This document shows, in pieces, positions 8,424-19,583 of a stretch of 64,000 nucleotides of DNA. The position numbers and the translations under genes are program-made. Below the pieces are notes generated by a model. It was given only the letters and a program-made list of their open reading frames with translations, did no database searches and was not told where the DNA came from. Positions within the stretch are counted from its first letter, which is position 1. The number at the start of each line of letters is the position of its first letter. Source of the stretch: an uncultured Chloroflexia bacterium (GTDB taxonomy: Bacteria > Chloroflexota > Dormibacteria > CF-121); the NCBI GenBank assembly GCA_963795805.1, contig CAWCIV010000001.1, positions 647,896 to 711,895 on the forward strand. Reading direction: 5' to 3'.

Positions 8424-8918
8424 ATGCAGATGGCTTCGGAGGCGATCTTGAGCGACCAGGACGCGTTCGAGCAGGCCGTACGAGCCGAGAGCCGGCCACT
8501 CTACGGCCTGGCGGTCTCGATCCTCCGGAACAGCCCGGAAGCGGAAGACGCGGTCCAGCAAACCATGGAGCTGGCCTGGCGATCCTGGAACACGCTGCGT
8601 GATCCCAGCCGCCGCGCCGCGTGGCTGAAGACCATCTGTGTCCGGCAGTGCTTCGGGATCCGGCGCCGGCGCTTTGGGCTCCTGCCCCTGTCGGAGGAGG
8701 AGCGCGACGAGCGGCCGTCGATCGCCAGCGATCCGGATCTCGACCGAGCCTTCGCACGCCTCTCGCTTCGCCAGCGGGCCGTCATCCGGCTTCACTATCG
8801 CGACGGCTACACCCTCGACGAATGCGCCGCGCTGATGGGGTGCCGGCCTGGCACCGCCCGATCGCAACTCAACCGTGCACTAACAAAACTTCGTCAGGAG
8901 CTTTCCCATGTTGAATAA
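8424..8918 (+). CDS. ECF-type RNA polymerase sigma factor
   Basis: Region 2 reads PLYGLAVSILRNSPEAEDAVQQTMELAWRSW. Region 4 reads LSLRQRAVIRLHYRDGYTLDECAALMGCRPGTARSQLNRALTKLRQ. The start is taken at ATG 8424. Confidence 0.85.
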   Translation: MQMASEAILSDQDAFEQAVRAESRPLYGLAVSILRNSPEAEDAVQQTMELAWRSWNTLRDPSRRAAWLKTICVRQCFGIRRRRFGLLPLSEEERDERPSIASDPDLDRAFARLSLRQRAVIRLHYRDGYTLDECAALMGCRPGTARSQLNRALTKLRQELSHVE

Positions 8919-10338
8919 AGAACCGATCGAGCCTCGGCTGCAGCGTTACCTCGCGGAGGTCGATCACCAGGTCCCGCCGGTCGGGATGGAGCAGCGGATC
9001 CTCCGGCTGACCACCCAGGCGCACGAGCCGGCGCGGCGCGGCTCGTTGTCTCGGCAACTTCTGGCCGCGGCAGCCGTGGCGATCTTTGCCGGTACCCTGG
9101 CTACCGGCGTTGCGCTCCGCAATCATGCCTTTGGCAATCCCGTGCCAGCCTCGCAGCCGAGTTCCAGCATGCATGCCATCTCAATCGGGACAGATGGCGG
9201 TGGCGATTGGGTCGTGAGCCGGTCGCTAGATCTAGGCCGGTCGCCCAAGCCAACGACGAATGTGCTGTACCACACGAGTGATGGCGGACAGACCTGGCAG
9301 GACCGGCTCCAGTTCACAGGCATCTACGACGGGATGAGCTGGAGTGCCGATAAGCGGCAAGGGGTCGTCTGGACGTTTGATATGACGAGGCCATGCGGTG
9401 CGGCGACCACCTGCTTGAAGCCGAGCAACCAGGTGCTGACAGTCTTTGCGACCACCGATGGTGGGTCTCACTGGACACAGCAGCCATCGCGGCTATTTGG
9501 CATGTCGTCACAGACGTACTTCCGAGGAGTGACCGGCTGGGTTGTGAGCTCTGGCGAAATCGCCATGGGCCAGTCGGTACCGGAACAATGGGCGCTCTAT
9601 CGGACTGACGATGCGGGTGCAACCTGGGCCAAGGTCGGACAGATCCCCTTCAACGGTTCCCTTGGTGGGGTAGGCGTATTCGGCCATACGTCCGGAGTCG
9701 GCGAGACCAACCTTGAATTCCTCACCAAAAAACACGGCTGGTACTCAGCCGGCACCGTCGTCGCAGCCGGCGCCTCAGGTCTGGTGGAAACCAATGACGG
9801 TGGCAGCACCTGGAACGCCGTGAGCGTTGTCAGGCCCACGGGCACGGACGGCAAGGCTATGGTGTACGGCTATCCGGTGTTGCTCAGCGACGGAACCGTC
9901 CTCCTGCCTGTCTTTTTCGGAACGCTCTCGAGCGATGGGAACAGCTACAACGTCGAACGTCAGTACATCTACACCAGCGCGGACGGTGGTCAAACCTGGG
10001 CGAACCCACGCGCACTCGAGTCGAACGGCATCCGGCCGACCGGTAACCAATGGCAGAACTTCTATCTCGACGCCAATCACTGGTGGTTCACGACGACCAA
10101 CCAGCGCAGCTCAGGTGAGCCGGTCCCGCAGGCCGGCCCGGGTGTGGCGCGGACCTTTGATGGCGGCAAGACGTGGCAGGTCTTCAGTGCCAAGAACTCG
10201 CCGATCATCTTGCAGATGACGTTCACAGACGCCAACAACGGCTGGGCCTTCGCGATCGCGGGACCAAACGATACAACCAATGAACTTCTACGCACGATCG
10301 ACGGAGGTGCCCATTGGCGCCAGGTGCAGGTGCCTTAG
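8908..10338 (+). CDS. membrane-anchored BNR/Asp-box beta-propeller protein (Ycf48-like), putative anti-sigma partner
   Basis: It overlaps the sigma gene by 11 nt. A cytoplasmic N-terminus and one TM (LLAAAAVAIFAGTLATGVAL) precede seven S/T-x-D-G-G-x-T/H-W repeats (SDGGQTW, TDGGSHW, DDAGATW, NDGGSTW, ADGGQTW, FDGGKTW, IDGGAHW). Confidence 0.8.
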   Translation: MLNKEPIEPRLQRYLAEVDHQVPPVGMEQRILRLTTQAHEPARRGSLSRQLLAAAAVAIFAGTLATGVALRNHAFGNPVPASQPSSSMHAISIGTDGGGDWVVSRSLDLGRSPKPTTNVLYHTSDGGQTWQDRLQFTGIYDGMSWSADKRQGVVWTFDMTRPCGAATTCLKPSNQVLTVFATTDGGSHWTQQPSRLFGMSSQTYFRGVTGWVVSSGEIAMGQSVPEQWALYRTDDAGATWAKVGQIPFNGSLGGVGVFGHTSGVGETNLEFLTKKHGWYSAGTVVAAGASGLVETNDGGSTWNAVSVVRPTGTDGKAMVYGYPVLLSDGTVLLPVFFGTLSSDGNSYNVERQYIYTSADGGQTWANPRALESNGIRPTGNQWQNFYLDANHWWFTTTNQRSSGEPVPQAGPGVARTFDGGKTWQVFSAKNSPIILQMTFTDANNGWAFAIAGPNDTTNELLRTIDGGAHWRQVQVP

Positions 10339-10652
10339 CAGGTAGGTGGGTCAGGCGGCGCGGCGGCGAGGGGCAGGCTGCAGGGTACCGCGAAAGATGG
10401 TGGCGGCGACCTTGAAGAAAATCGCCGCCAGCGGCAAGGTGCCCTTGAGCCCGGAGGAGCTCGCCGATATCATTGCGACAGAGGCGATGACGGAAATTGG
10501 CGCAGACGGGATGGGGAGTCGGAAATCGCCCATGTCGTTTTCAAGGTCTTCGTGAAATCGACCGAGAAGTCTGAGGAACCGGCGAAGGCGGGAGCGAAGG
10601 GCGCCGCCGAGGAGGGCGCTTTCCGATAGGGCCGGCGGCTAAGCTTCGCCGC

Positions 10653-11810
10653 GTGCGTCCTCGGCAACCCGATCCACAAATACCGCAGTACGGTGAAAGG
10701 TCACTGGCGGATTTGTTGCCGGCAATATTTAGGGTCGAGAAGGGGAGAGAGATTCCAATTCTCGGGATCGAACCAGCGGCGCGGGTTTGCCTGCTGCTCA
10801 TCGATGGGCTCGGGTGGGAGCTGCTCCGTACCAATCGGGAGACCGCACCGTTTCTTCACTCGCTGGCGCAGGAGCCCGTGACGGCCGGCTTCCCGGCAAC
10901 AACGGTGGCGAGCATCAGCTCGCTCGCGACCGGCTTGCCACCGGGGCAACACGGGCTGGTTGGGTACACGATGGCCATCCCGGGTCAGACACGCGCCCTC
11001 AATGTGCTGACCTGGTCGCTCTACGGCATCGGACCGCGCGTCAGCCTTCTCGACCAGTTCGTTCCGGAGCAGGTGCAACCGGAATTGACCATGACGGAGC
11101 GCGCCATGCAGCGCGGGATTCGCGTGACACGCATCGGGCCGCCCGTTCACGACGGCTCGGGTCTGACTAGGGCCGTGTGGCGCGGGGGACAGTTTCGGGC
11201 GGCGGAAACGCTGGAGGGGGTCATGGCGACGGCCCTGGGCGCGCTCAGCGCCACTCCGAGTTTCGTCTACGCGTACCATCCGCGGCTGGACACGGCCGGC
11301 CATGTCTACGGCGTCGCGTCACAGGAATGGCGCGACGAACTCGCCTCGATCGACCGGAGCGTGCGGGCGTTCGCCGATCGCCTTCCGCCCGGCAGCCTCC
11401 TCGTGGTTACGGGAGACCATGGGATGGTCGACCTTTCGGTCGACCAGCGCCTGGATGTGGCCGACCACCCAGAGTTACGGGCGGGTGTTCGACTCCTGGC
11501 GGGCGAGGCGCGGGCGCGCTATGTCTACACGCAACCGGGTGCCCATGCCGATGTCCTTGCTACCTGGAGAGGGACGCTTAGCGACCGGATGTGGATCTGG
11601 ACGCGCGAAGAGGCGATCGCAACCGGCGCCTTCGGACCAGTCATCGGACCGAACGCCGCCGAGCGGATTGGGGATATCGTCGCGGCCGCCTACGCGCCGG
11701 TCGGCATTGTTGAGCGCGAGGTCGATCCCGCCCAGACCCGGCTGATGGGGCACCATGGATCATTCACGGCAGCTGAGCAACTGGTGCCCCTTCTGCTCTT
11801 TCGGCGGTAA
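10653..11810 (+). CDS. alkaline-phosphatase-superfamily protein (nucleotide pyrophosphatase/phosphodiesterase-like)
   Basis: Motifs seen are LLLIDGLGWELL, PATTVASISSLATGLPPGQHGLVGY, VVTGDHGMVD and GHHGSFTAAEQLVPLL. The GTG start is uncertain. Confidence 0.8.
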   Translation: MRPRQPDPQIPQYGERSLADLLPAIFRVEKGREIPILGIEPAARVCLLLIDGLGWELLRTNRETAPFLHSLAQEPVTAGFPATTVASISSLATGLPPGQHGLVGYTMAIPGQTRALNVLTWSLYGIGPRVSLLDQFVPEQVQPELTMTERAMQRGIRVTRIGPPVHDGSGLTRAVWRGGQFRAAETLEGVMATALGALSATPSFVYAYHPRLDTAGHVYGVASQEWRDELASIDRSVRAFADRLPPGSLLVVTGDHGMVDLSVDQRLDVADHPELRAGVRLLAGEARARYVYTQPGAHADVLATWRGTLSDRMWIWTREEAIATGAFGPVIGPNAAERIGDIVAAAYAPVGIVEREVDPAQTRLMGHHGSFTAAEQLVPLLLFRR

Positions 11811-15131
<3,321 letters not shown>

Positions 15132-15249
15132 GGCCTACGGTATACGGGAATCTGTCGTGAAAGTCAACCAAAACAGGATACCGGACCCGCTCCTTCATCG
15201 GTCCAGTTTACGGTGCGATTCGAAGGGCAGAGGCTGGTCGCGTGAGCCT

Positions 15250-15768
15250 CTAACTTTTGCTAGCGGTACCGACTGGCTGCAGGGCAACCTCGTTTAGCCG
15301 GCCGCTGTGGACGTCGAAGACGAAGCCGCGGATCTTGTCCTTTTTGGGGATGAACGGGCTTGACTTGATCCGTCCGACGGAGGAGCGGATGTCCTTCTGG
15401 AGATCAGAAAACGCGTCGAACGCGAACCCCGGCCGGATGCCGGTCTCGTCTTCGATCTTGGACCGCAGCTCGTCGTCCTTGAAGGTCAGCATGCCGCAAT
15501 CCGTGTGATGAATGAGGATGATCTCTTCCGTCCCAAGCAGTCGCTGCGAGATCGTGAGCGAGCGGATCACATCCTGGGTGACGACCCCGCCGGCATTGCG
15601 GATGATGTGGGCGTCGCCCTCGTTGAGGCCAAGGACCTTCGCGGGGTCTAGTCGAGCGTCCATACAGGCGACGACCGCCACCTTCTTCGCCGGTGGCATC
15701 GGATGGCCGCCCTTGAACGAGTTGGCATAGCTCTCGTTGTTCTTCAGCAGCTCATCAGTTGCGCTCAT
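15250..15768 (-). CDS. beta-class carbonic anhydrase
   Basis: Motifs are VVACMDARLDP and IILIHHTDCGM (the Cys-Asp-Arg ... His-x-x-Cys zinc site). The ORF is trimmed to MSATDELL (ATG comp. 15766-15768), which is preceded by a GGAGGA Shine-Dalgarno. Confidence 0.85.
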   Translation of the reverse strand: MSATDELLKNNESYANSFKGGHPMPPAKKVAVVACMDARLDPAKVLGLNEGDAHIIRNAGGVVTQDVIRSLTISQRLLGTEEIILIHHTDCGMLTFKDDELRSKIEDETGIRPGFAFDAFSDLQKDIRSSVGRIKSSPFIPKKDKIRGFVFDVHSGRLNEVALQPVGTASKS

Positions 15769-15957
15769 GGAAATCCTCCTCAGGAATACGTCGACGCTAA
15801 CAAAACAGGCAGGTGTCAGAGTGCGCGCGGACATCGAGCCGACGTGCAACGTCGGAAATCGACCGCGCGGCGCCGCGTCAAATTTGAAGTCGCCATTGAG
15901 TTCCTGACACCATAGCAGGCTGTCTGGGCTAGGCTTGAGGCGAGGGATAAGCCTTCA

Positions 15958-16344
15958 ATGTTTGAGCTCATCACCGCACTTTTCCTCGTCGCGGTAAGCG
16001 TTCCTTACGGCTATATCTTGCTGACGGGCAGGTGGCTCAACTGGCGCTTTAGACCTACGAGGGCTGCAGGCACGGCGCGGTACCCGCGACGGACTGCGGC
16101 CGGCATGCTCCTTGTCCTGCTCCCGCTTGCTGTCGATAGCGCCGCCGGCTCATTGTTCGGGCCGACCACGGCCCCCGGCCACATTTTTGGGGTGGTTATC
16201 AGAGGTGGGATGCTCCTGTTGATTTTGCTTGGCGCGGTGTTGGTGTTAACGGGAGCTATGGTCAGCACTTCGGACGCCGCCCCTAGGCGTTATAAGGTCG
16301 AGGGCTGGCCGCCCCCAGCGGCGTCTGGATCAGGTAAGAGGTAG
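15958..16344 (+). CDS. hypothetical small membrane protein
   Basis: It has three hydrophobic segments. No family is recognised. Confidence 0.45.
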   Translation: MFELITALFLVAVSVPYGYILLTGRWLNWRFRPTRAAGTARYPRRTAAGMLLVLLPLAVDSAAGSLFGPTTAPGHIFGVVIRGGMLLLILLGAVLVLTGAMVSTSDAAPRRYKVEGWPPPAASGSGKR

Positions 16345-16347
16345 ACG

Positions 16348-16872
16348 CTATTCGAAGGGTGTGCCGAAACGCTCGGCGGACGCGACTTCATTGAGGGCCT
16401 TCCGCTTCTTCTTTCCCTTGCCCACGGGCCGCTTGGGGTAGCCGAAGGGAAGCACAGCGAGCGCCTGGTAGCTATCGGGAAGGCCGACCAGCTGCGCAAT
16501 CCGCTCGAGTCCGCCGAATCCGACCCAGTTCGAACCGACGCCGTCGGCCCAGGCTGTCAGCATCATCGACTGAATCGCCCGACTGGCGTCCGACACCGCG
16601 ATCGGATTTTCTCTCTCGGCTGCAACCACGATGGCCAGCCTGGCCGGGCCGAGATAGGGGCCGGTTCTCGCCAACCCGGCCATCTCCCGGATGGTCTCAC
16701 CCTTGCGCACGATGACGAAGTGCCAGGGCTGCATGTTCGAGGCGCTTGCCGTCAGGCGGCCGGCCTCGACGATGCGACGCACGACGTCGTCCGGGATGTC
16801 CTTGTCCTGGTATTCGCGCACGGCCAGCATCGTCCGGACGGCCTCGAAGACGGAGTTGACCATGGAGATCAT
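16348..16872 (-). CDS. nitroreductase-family protein
   Basis: RTMLAVREYQDKDIPDDVVRRIVEAGRLTASASNMQPWHFVIV is the typical nitroreductase N-terminal signature. Confidence 0.8.
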   Translation of the reverse strand: MISMVNSVFEAVRTMLAVREYQDKDIPDDVVRRIVEAGRLTASASNMQPWHFVIVRKGETIREMAGLARTGPYLGPARLAIVVAAERENPIAVSDASRAIQSMMLTAWADGVGSNWVGFGGLERIAQLVGLPDSYQALAVLPFGYPKRPVGKGKKKRKALNEVASAERFGTPFE

Positions 16873-16873
16873 C

Positions 16874-18061
16874 TTATGGGGTCTGGATGTCGATGACGAG
16901 GCGCGTCGGGCCGCTGAGTTCGGACGCCCGCATGCAGGCGGGTTGCGAGAGCCCGATGCCCCAGCTCAGGACGCTTTCGAAATCGCCGAGTTGTGCGGCC
17001 TCCTGAACGACGGGGAGCCCGGATTTGATGTCGGTGCTCTTCGTATAGGTCGGGTACGCCTTGCCACCATGGAAGACGAGCTTGAGGCCGGCCGATCCCT
17101 GCAGCGTGACCGGCTGCCCGCTGGCCTCTTTGACGAAATGGGTGGACGCCTGTCGGGTGAGTGTGTAGGTCGGGACCGGGCCGGCGGCGAACTGGAACAC
17201 GATCCGGTCATAGCCCGGCTGGTGTGCGATGCGGATGTCGGTCAACTGGCCGGGTGCCGTCCCCGTCGGGGTACCACCGCTGAGGTCAGCGCATGTGAAG
17301 GCGCCGAGCGCGGTGGCGGCCGGTGAGGGGGACTGCGTCGGCAGCGGCGTCGGAGCCAGGGAGGGCGTGATGGACGGGTGCGAGGTATCGAAATCGATCA
17401 CGAGCCGAGCCGGATTGGTCAGCTGCAGGACCCGGAAGCAGGTGGGTGAGGCCAGCCCGATGCCGTAGGTCAGCTGGTGTTCGAAATTGCCGACCTGGGC
17501 GATCTGCCGGGCCGACCCAAGCTTGGGCTGGCTGTCCTGCGAGGTGGTCGCCGGATCGGTTGCGCGGAGGATCACCTTGATACCGGCGGCGCCGTCGAGC
17601 GCCACGGGCTGGCCGCTCGCGTCCCTGATGAAGGTCGCGGAATCCTGACCAACAACGTCGAACGACGGGATGCCGGCGGTGAACTGGAAGACGACCCGGT
17701 CATAGCCGTCGTGGCGGGCCGCGCGGATGGAGGTAAGTCCCGTGGTGACGTCCAGATTGCCGCCGCTGACGGAGCTGCAGCTGAAGGGCTGCAGGGTCGA
17801 GCTCGGCGTTGGCGAGGGCACGATGACTTGAAGGGCGGAATGAACCACGTTGACGACGGTCGCGGAGTTGCGCAGCCCGAGAGCCACGACGGCAACGAGG
17901 ACCAGGGCACCGGCCAGCGCAAGCTGGGGCGCCATCGCGTTGCGAGCGCGCGGCGTGCCAGCGTCGCGGATGCGGTCGCGAAGCCCACGCGGGAATTGGG
18001 GAGTCCGGGCGGCCTCGTGGTGAAGGTGCTCCCGCAGCTCTCGCTCGAACCTGTCGCTCAT
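16874..18061 (-). CDS. membrane anti-sigma-like protein with two tandem ~140-aa two-Cys extracytoplasmic domains
   Basis: Its ATG overlaps the sigma gene stop (ATGA). A short cytoplasmic N-terminus and one TM (LALAGALVLVAVVALGL) precede two copies of F(S/T)C..SGG...IR.A.H.GYDR.VFQF...F..(D/E)ASGQPV.L.G.AG.K....P.C.R...L..P.RLVID. No zinc-binding HxxxCxxC motif is present. Confidence 0.7.
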   Translation of the reverse strand: MSDRFERELREHLHHEAARTPQFPRGLRDRIRDAGTPRARNAMAPQLALAGALVLVAVVALGLRNSATVVNVVHSALQVIVPSPTPSSTLQPFSCSSVSGGNLDVTTGLTSIRAARHDGYDRVVFQFTAGIPSFDVVGQDSATFIRDASGQPVALDGAAGIKVILRATDPATTSQDSQPKLGSARQIAQVGNFEHQLTYGIGLASPTCFRVLQLTNPARLVIDFDTSHPSITPSLAPTPLPTQSPSPAATALGAFTCADLSGGTPTGTAPGQLTDIRIAHQPGYDRIVFQFAAGPVPTYTLTRQASTHFVKEASGQPVTLQGSAGLKLVFHGGKAYPTYTKSTDIKSGLPVVQEAAQLGDFESVLSWGIGLSQPACMRASELSGPTRLVIDIQTP

Positions 18062-18600
18062 CCGATTCCCTCCTCTGAGCCGGTCAACTCGCGTAACCGG
18101 CGCAGCGCTGTCTTCAATCGCGATTTCATCGTGTCGACCGGTACGCCCAGCGTCTTCGCGGCATCCTCGACGCTGAGGTCCTGGTAGTAGTGCAGGACGA
18201 CCGCCGCGCGCTGTTCGGGCTTCAACTGGTCGAGCGCGCGGCCAAGGTCCATGCGTGTCTCGGTCGAGACTTCACGCTTGCCGCCACCGAGTCGGCCGAA
18301 CCGTTCCGCCAACGCTTGAAAGCGGTGTCGCCGCCGATAGGTCGAGATCGCCTCGTTGGTCGCGATCCGGTTGAGCCACGGACCGGGTTCCTCGTCGCGA
18401 AGGCTACCGATCTGCCGCCACGCCTTGAGGAACGTCTCCTGGGTCGCATCTTCCGCCAGCGCCTCGTCCCGGAGGATCATGCGCGCCGTCCGCAGCACCT
18501 GGAGGCCATAGCGGTCGACCACCTCCTGGAAGGCGTCACGATCGCCATCGCGCCAGCGCTCGATGGTGCGGCCAAGGACGGGGTCCATGAGCATGCCCAT
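18058..18600 (-). CDS. ECF-type RNA polymerase sigma factor
   Basis: Region 2 reads FQEVVDRYGLQVLRTARMILRDEALAEDATQETFLKAWRQ. Region 4 reads LKPEQRAAVVLHYYQDLSVEDAAKTLGVPVDTMKSRLKTALRRLRE. Confidence 0.85.
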   Translation of the reverse strand: MGMLMDPVLGRTIERWRDGDRDAFQEVVDRYGLQVLRTARMILRDEALAEDATQETFLKAWRQIGSLRDEEPGPWLNRIATNEAISTYRRRHRFQALAERFGRLGGGKREVSTETRMDLGRALDQLKPEQRAAVVLHYYQDLSVEDAAKTLGVPVDTMKSRLKTALRRLRELTGSEEGIG

Positions 18601-18642
18601 CGTATAGACGTCGCGAGGCCTGTGAACGGGTGAAGGGGCATC
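18601..18642 (-). promoter_or_regulatory. candidate ECF-type promoter block directly abutting the sigma start codon
   Basis: In gene orientation it reads CCCCTTCACCCGTTCACAGGCCTCGCGACGTCTATACG-ATG. It shares 29 of 39 positions at identical spacing with the block at 19498-19539, including CCCCTTCACCC.TTCA and TCGCG.CGTCTAT. CGTC is the classic ECF -10 core. Confidence 0.4.
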
Positions 18643-18650
18643 AAAGACCC

Positions 18651-18682
18651 CTCTCCCTCCCCTGCAAGCAGGGGAGGGAGAG
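18651..18682 (-). terminator. perfect 15-bp GC-rich hairpin downstream of 18712..19446
   Basis: The hairpin is ctctccctcccctgc-aa-gcaggggagggagag. It lies 30 nt past the stop of the upstream minus-strand gene and before the sigma promoter block. It belongs to the CCCTCCCC/GGGGAGGG hairpin family seen elsewhere in the window. Confidence 0.55.
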
Positions 18683-18711
18683 CATCCAAACCAATGGGAG
18701 CCGAGGCGAAT

Positions 18712-19446
18712 TCATTTCCTCGCGATAACGCGCAGGCCGGCAAGGGTCAGGCCGCCGGTCAGAATCAGCAGTCCGAGGACGATCCGGGCCAGGGGAAGGC
18801 CGCCGCTCGGGGTGGGCGTTTGCGCGTGGCCGGTGGTTGCGAGGTCGGACGGGCTATTGGCGGCGACCTGCGTCACGGGAGCCGCGCTTGGGGCTGTGGT
18901 CGCGCTCATGGGTGCCGCAGCCGGTGTGCCGGTCGGCGTCTGAACGTCGATCGCCAGGCGCATCGGCATGGTCAGCTCGATGACCCGGAAGCACGCCGGG
19001 GTCGCGAGCCCAACGCCGTAGCTTGCGACGCGCTCGAAGTTCCCGATGTTGGCGACTTCACGGATCTCCGGCAGCGCAGCCTTGATGTCCGACGGGACGC
19101 CGCTGCCGACGGCCGTGTTCTGAAATACCGCCTTGATGCCCGCCGAGCCGTCGAGCCTGACGGGCTGGCCGCTGGCATCCCGGATGAAGGTCGACGACGC
19201 CTGCCGGGTCATAGTGTAGGCCGGAATCGCGCCCGCCGCGGATGGGGCGAAGTCGATCACGAGCCGGTCGTAGCCGGTGTGACGAGCGACGCGGATGGCA
19301 CTAATTGTGCCGGGAACCCCGCTGACCCCTCCCGATTTGTTTCCGCAGGTGAAGGCGGCCGGCGTGTCAGCCGACGCCGTGACGATGCCGCCCGCCGCCG
19401 CCGCCGTTGCCGCCGCCGCCAGTGAGATCAGAAAGTGCCGGCGCAT
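18712..19446 (-). CDS. secreted single-copy paralog of the two-Cys domain, with a C-terminal LAxTG-like sorting signal
   Basis: The signal peptide is MRRHFLISLAAAATAAAA. One copy of the domain found twice in 16874..18061 follows (FTCGNKSGG...IRVARHTGYDRLVIDF...DASGQPVRLDGSAGIK...PACFRVIELTMPMRLAIDVQTP). The C-terminus has LATTG (comp. 18829-18843), a hydrophobic stretch and an RVIARK tail. An AGGAGG Shine-Dalgarno sits 7 nt before the ATG. Confidence 0.7.
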   Translation of the reverse strand: MRRHFLISLAAAATAAAAGGIVTASADTPAAFTCGNKSGGVSGVPGTISAIRVARHTGYDRLVIDFAPSAAGAIPAYTMTRQASSTFIRDASGQPVRLDGSAGIKAVFQNTAVGSGVPSDIKAALPEIREVANIGNFERVASYGVGLATPACFRVIELTMPMRLAIDVQTPTGTPAAAPMSATTAPSAAPVTQVAANSPSDLATTGHAQTPTPSGGLPLARIVLGLLILTGGLTLAGLRVIARK

Positions 19447-19497
19447 GACTTGTTCCTCCTATGAGTTCGCGGTTATGACGGGCTTTGCCGTCCACTG

Positions 19498-19539
19498 CGA
19501 TAGACGCCGCGAAGGAGTTGAAGGGGTGAAGGGGGATGC
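19498..19539 (-). promoter_or_regulatory. candidate ECF-type promoter block upstream of 18712..19446
   Basis: In gene orientation it reads CCCCCTTCACCCCTTCAACTCCTTCGCGGCGTCTATCG, about 50 nt upstream of the ATG. See the matching block at 18601-18642. Confidence 0.4.
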
Positions 19540-19583
19540 AACCATGCCGTAACGGCCGGGCGGTCCGGCCGCGGGAGTGGAGG

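Noticed and set aside
10346-10555. Small ORFs on both strands in the 314-bp gap after the BNR protein (plus 10397..10555, 52 aa; minus 10351..10533, 60 aa)
   Set aside because: Both frames have similar GC3 (roughly three quarters by my hand count). Neither has a clear Shine-Dalgarno or a recognisable family, so I cannot decide between them or exclude that neither is coding.
15229-15251. Hairpin agaggct-N9-agcctct at the carbonic anhydrase stop as a terminator
   Set aside because: The stem is only 7 bp with a 9-nt loop, it overlaps the stop codon and it has no U-tract. That is too weak to call.
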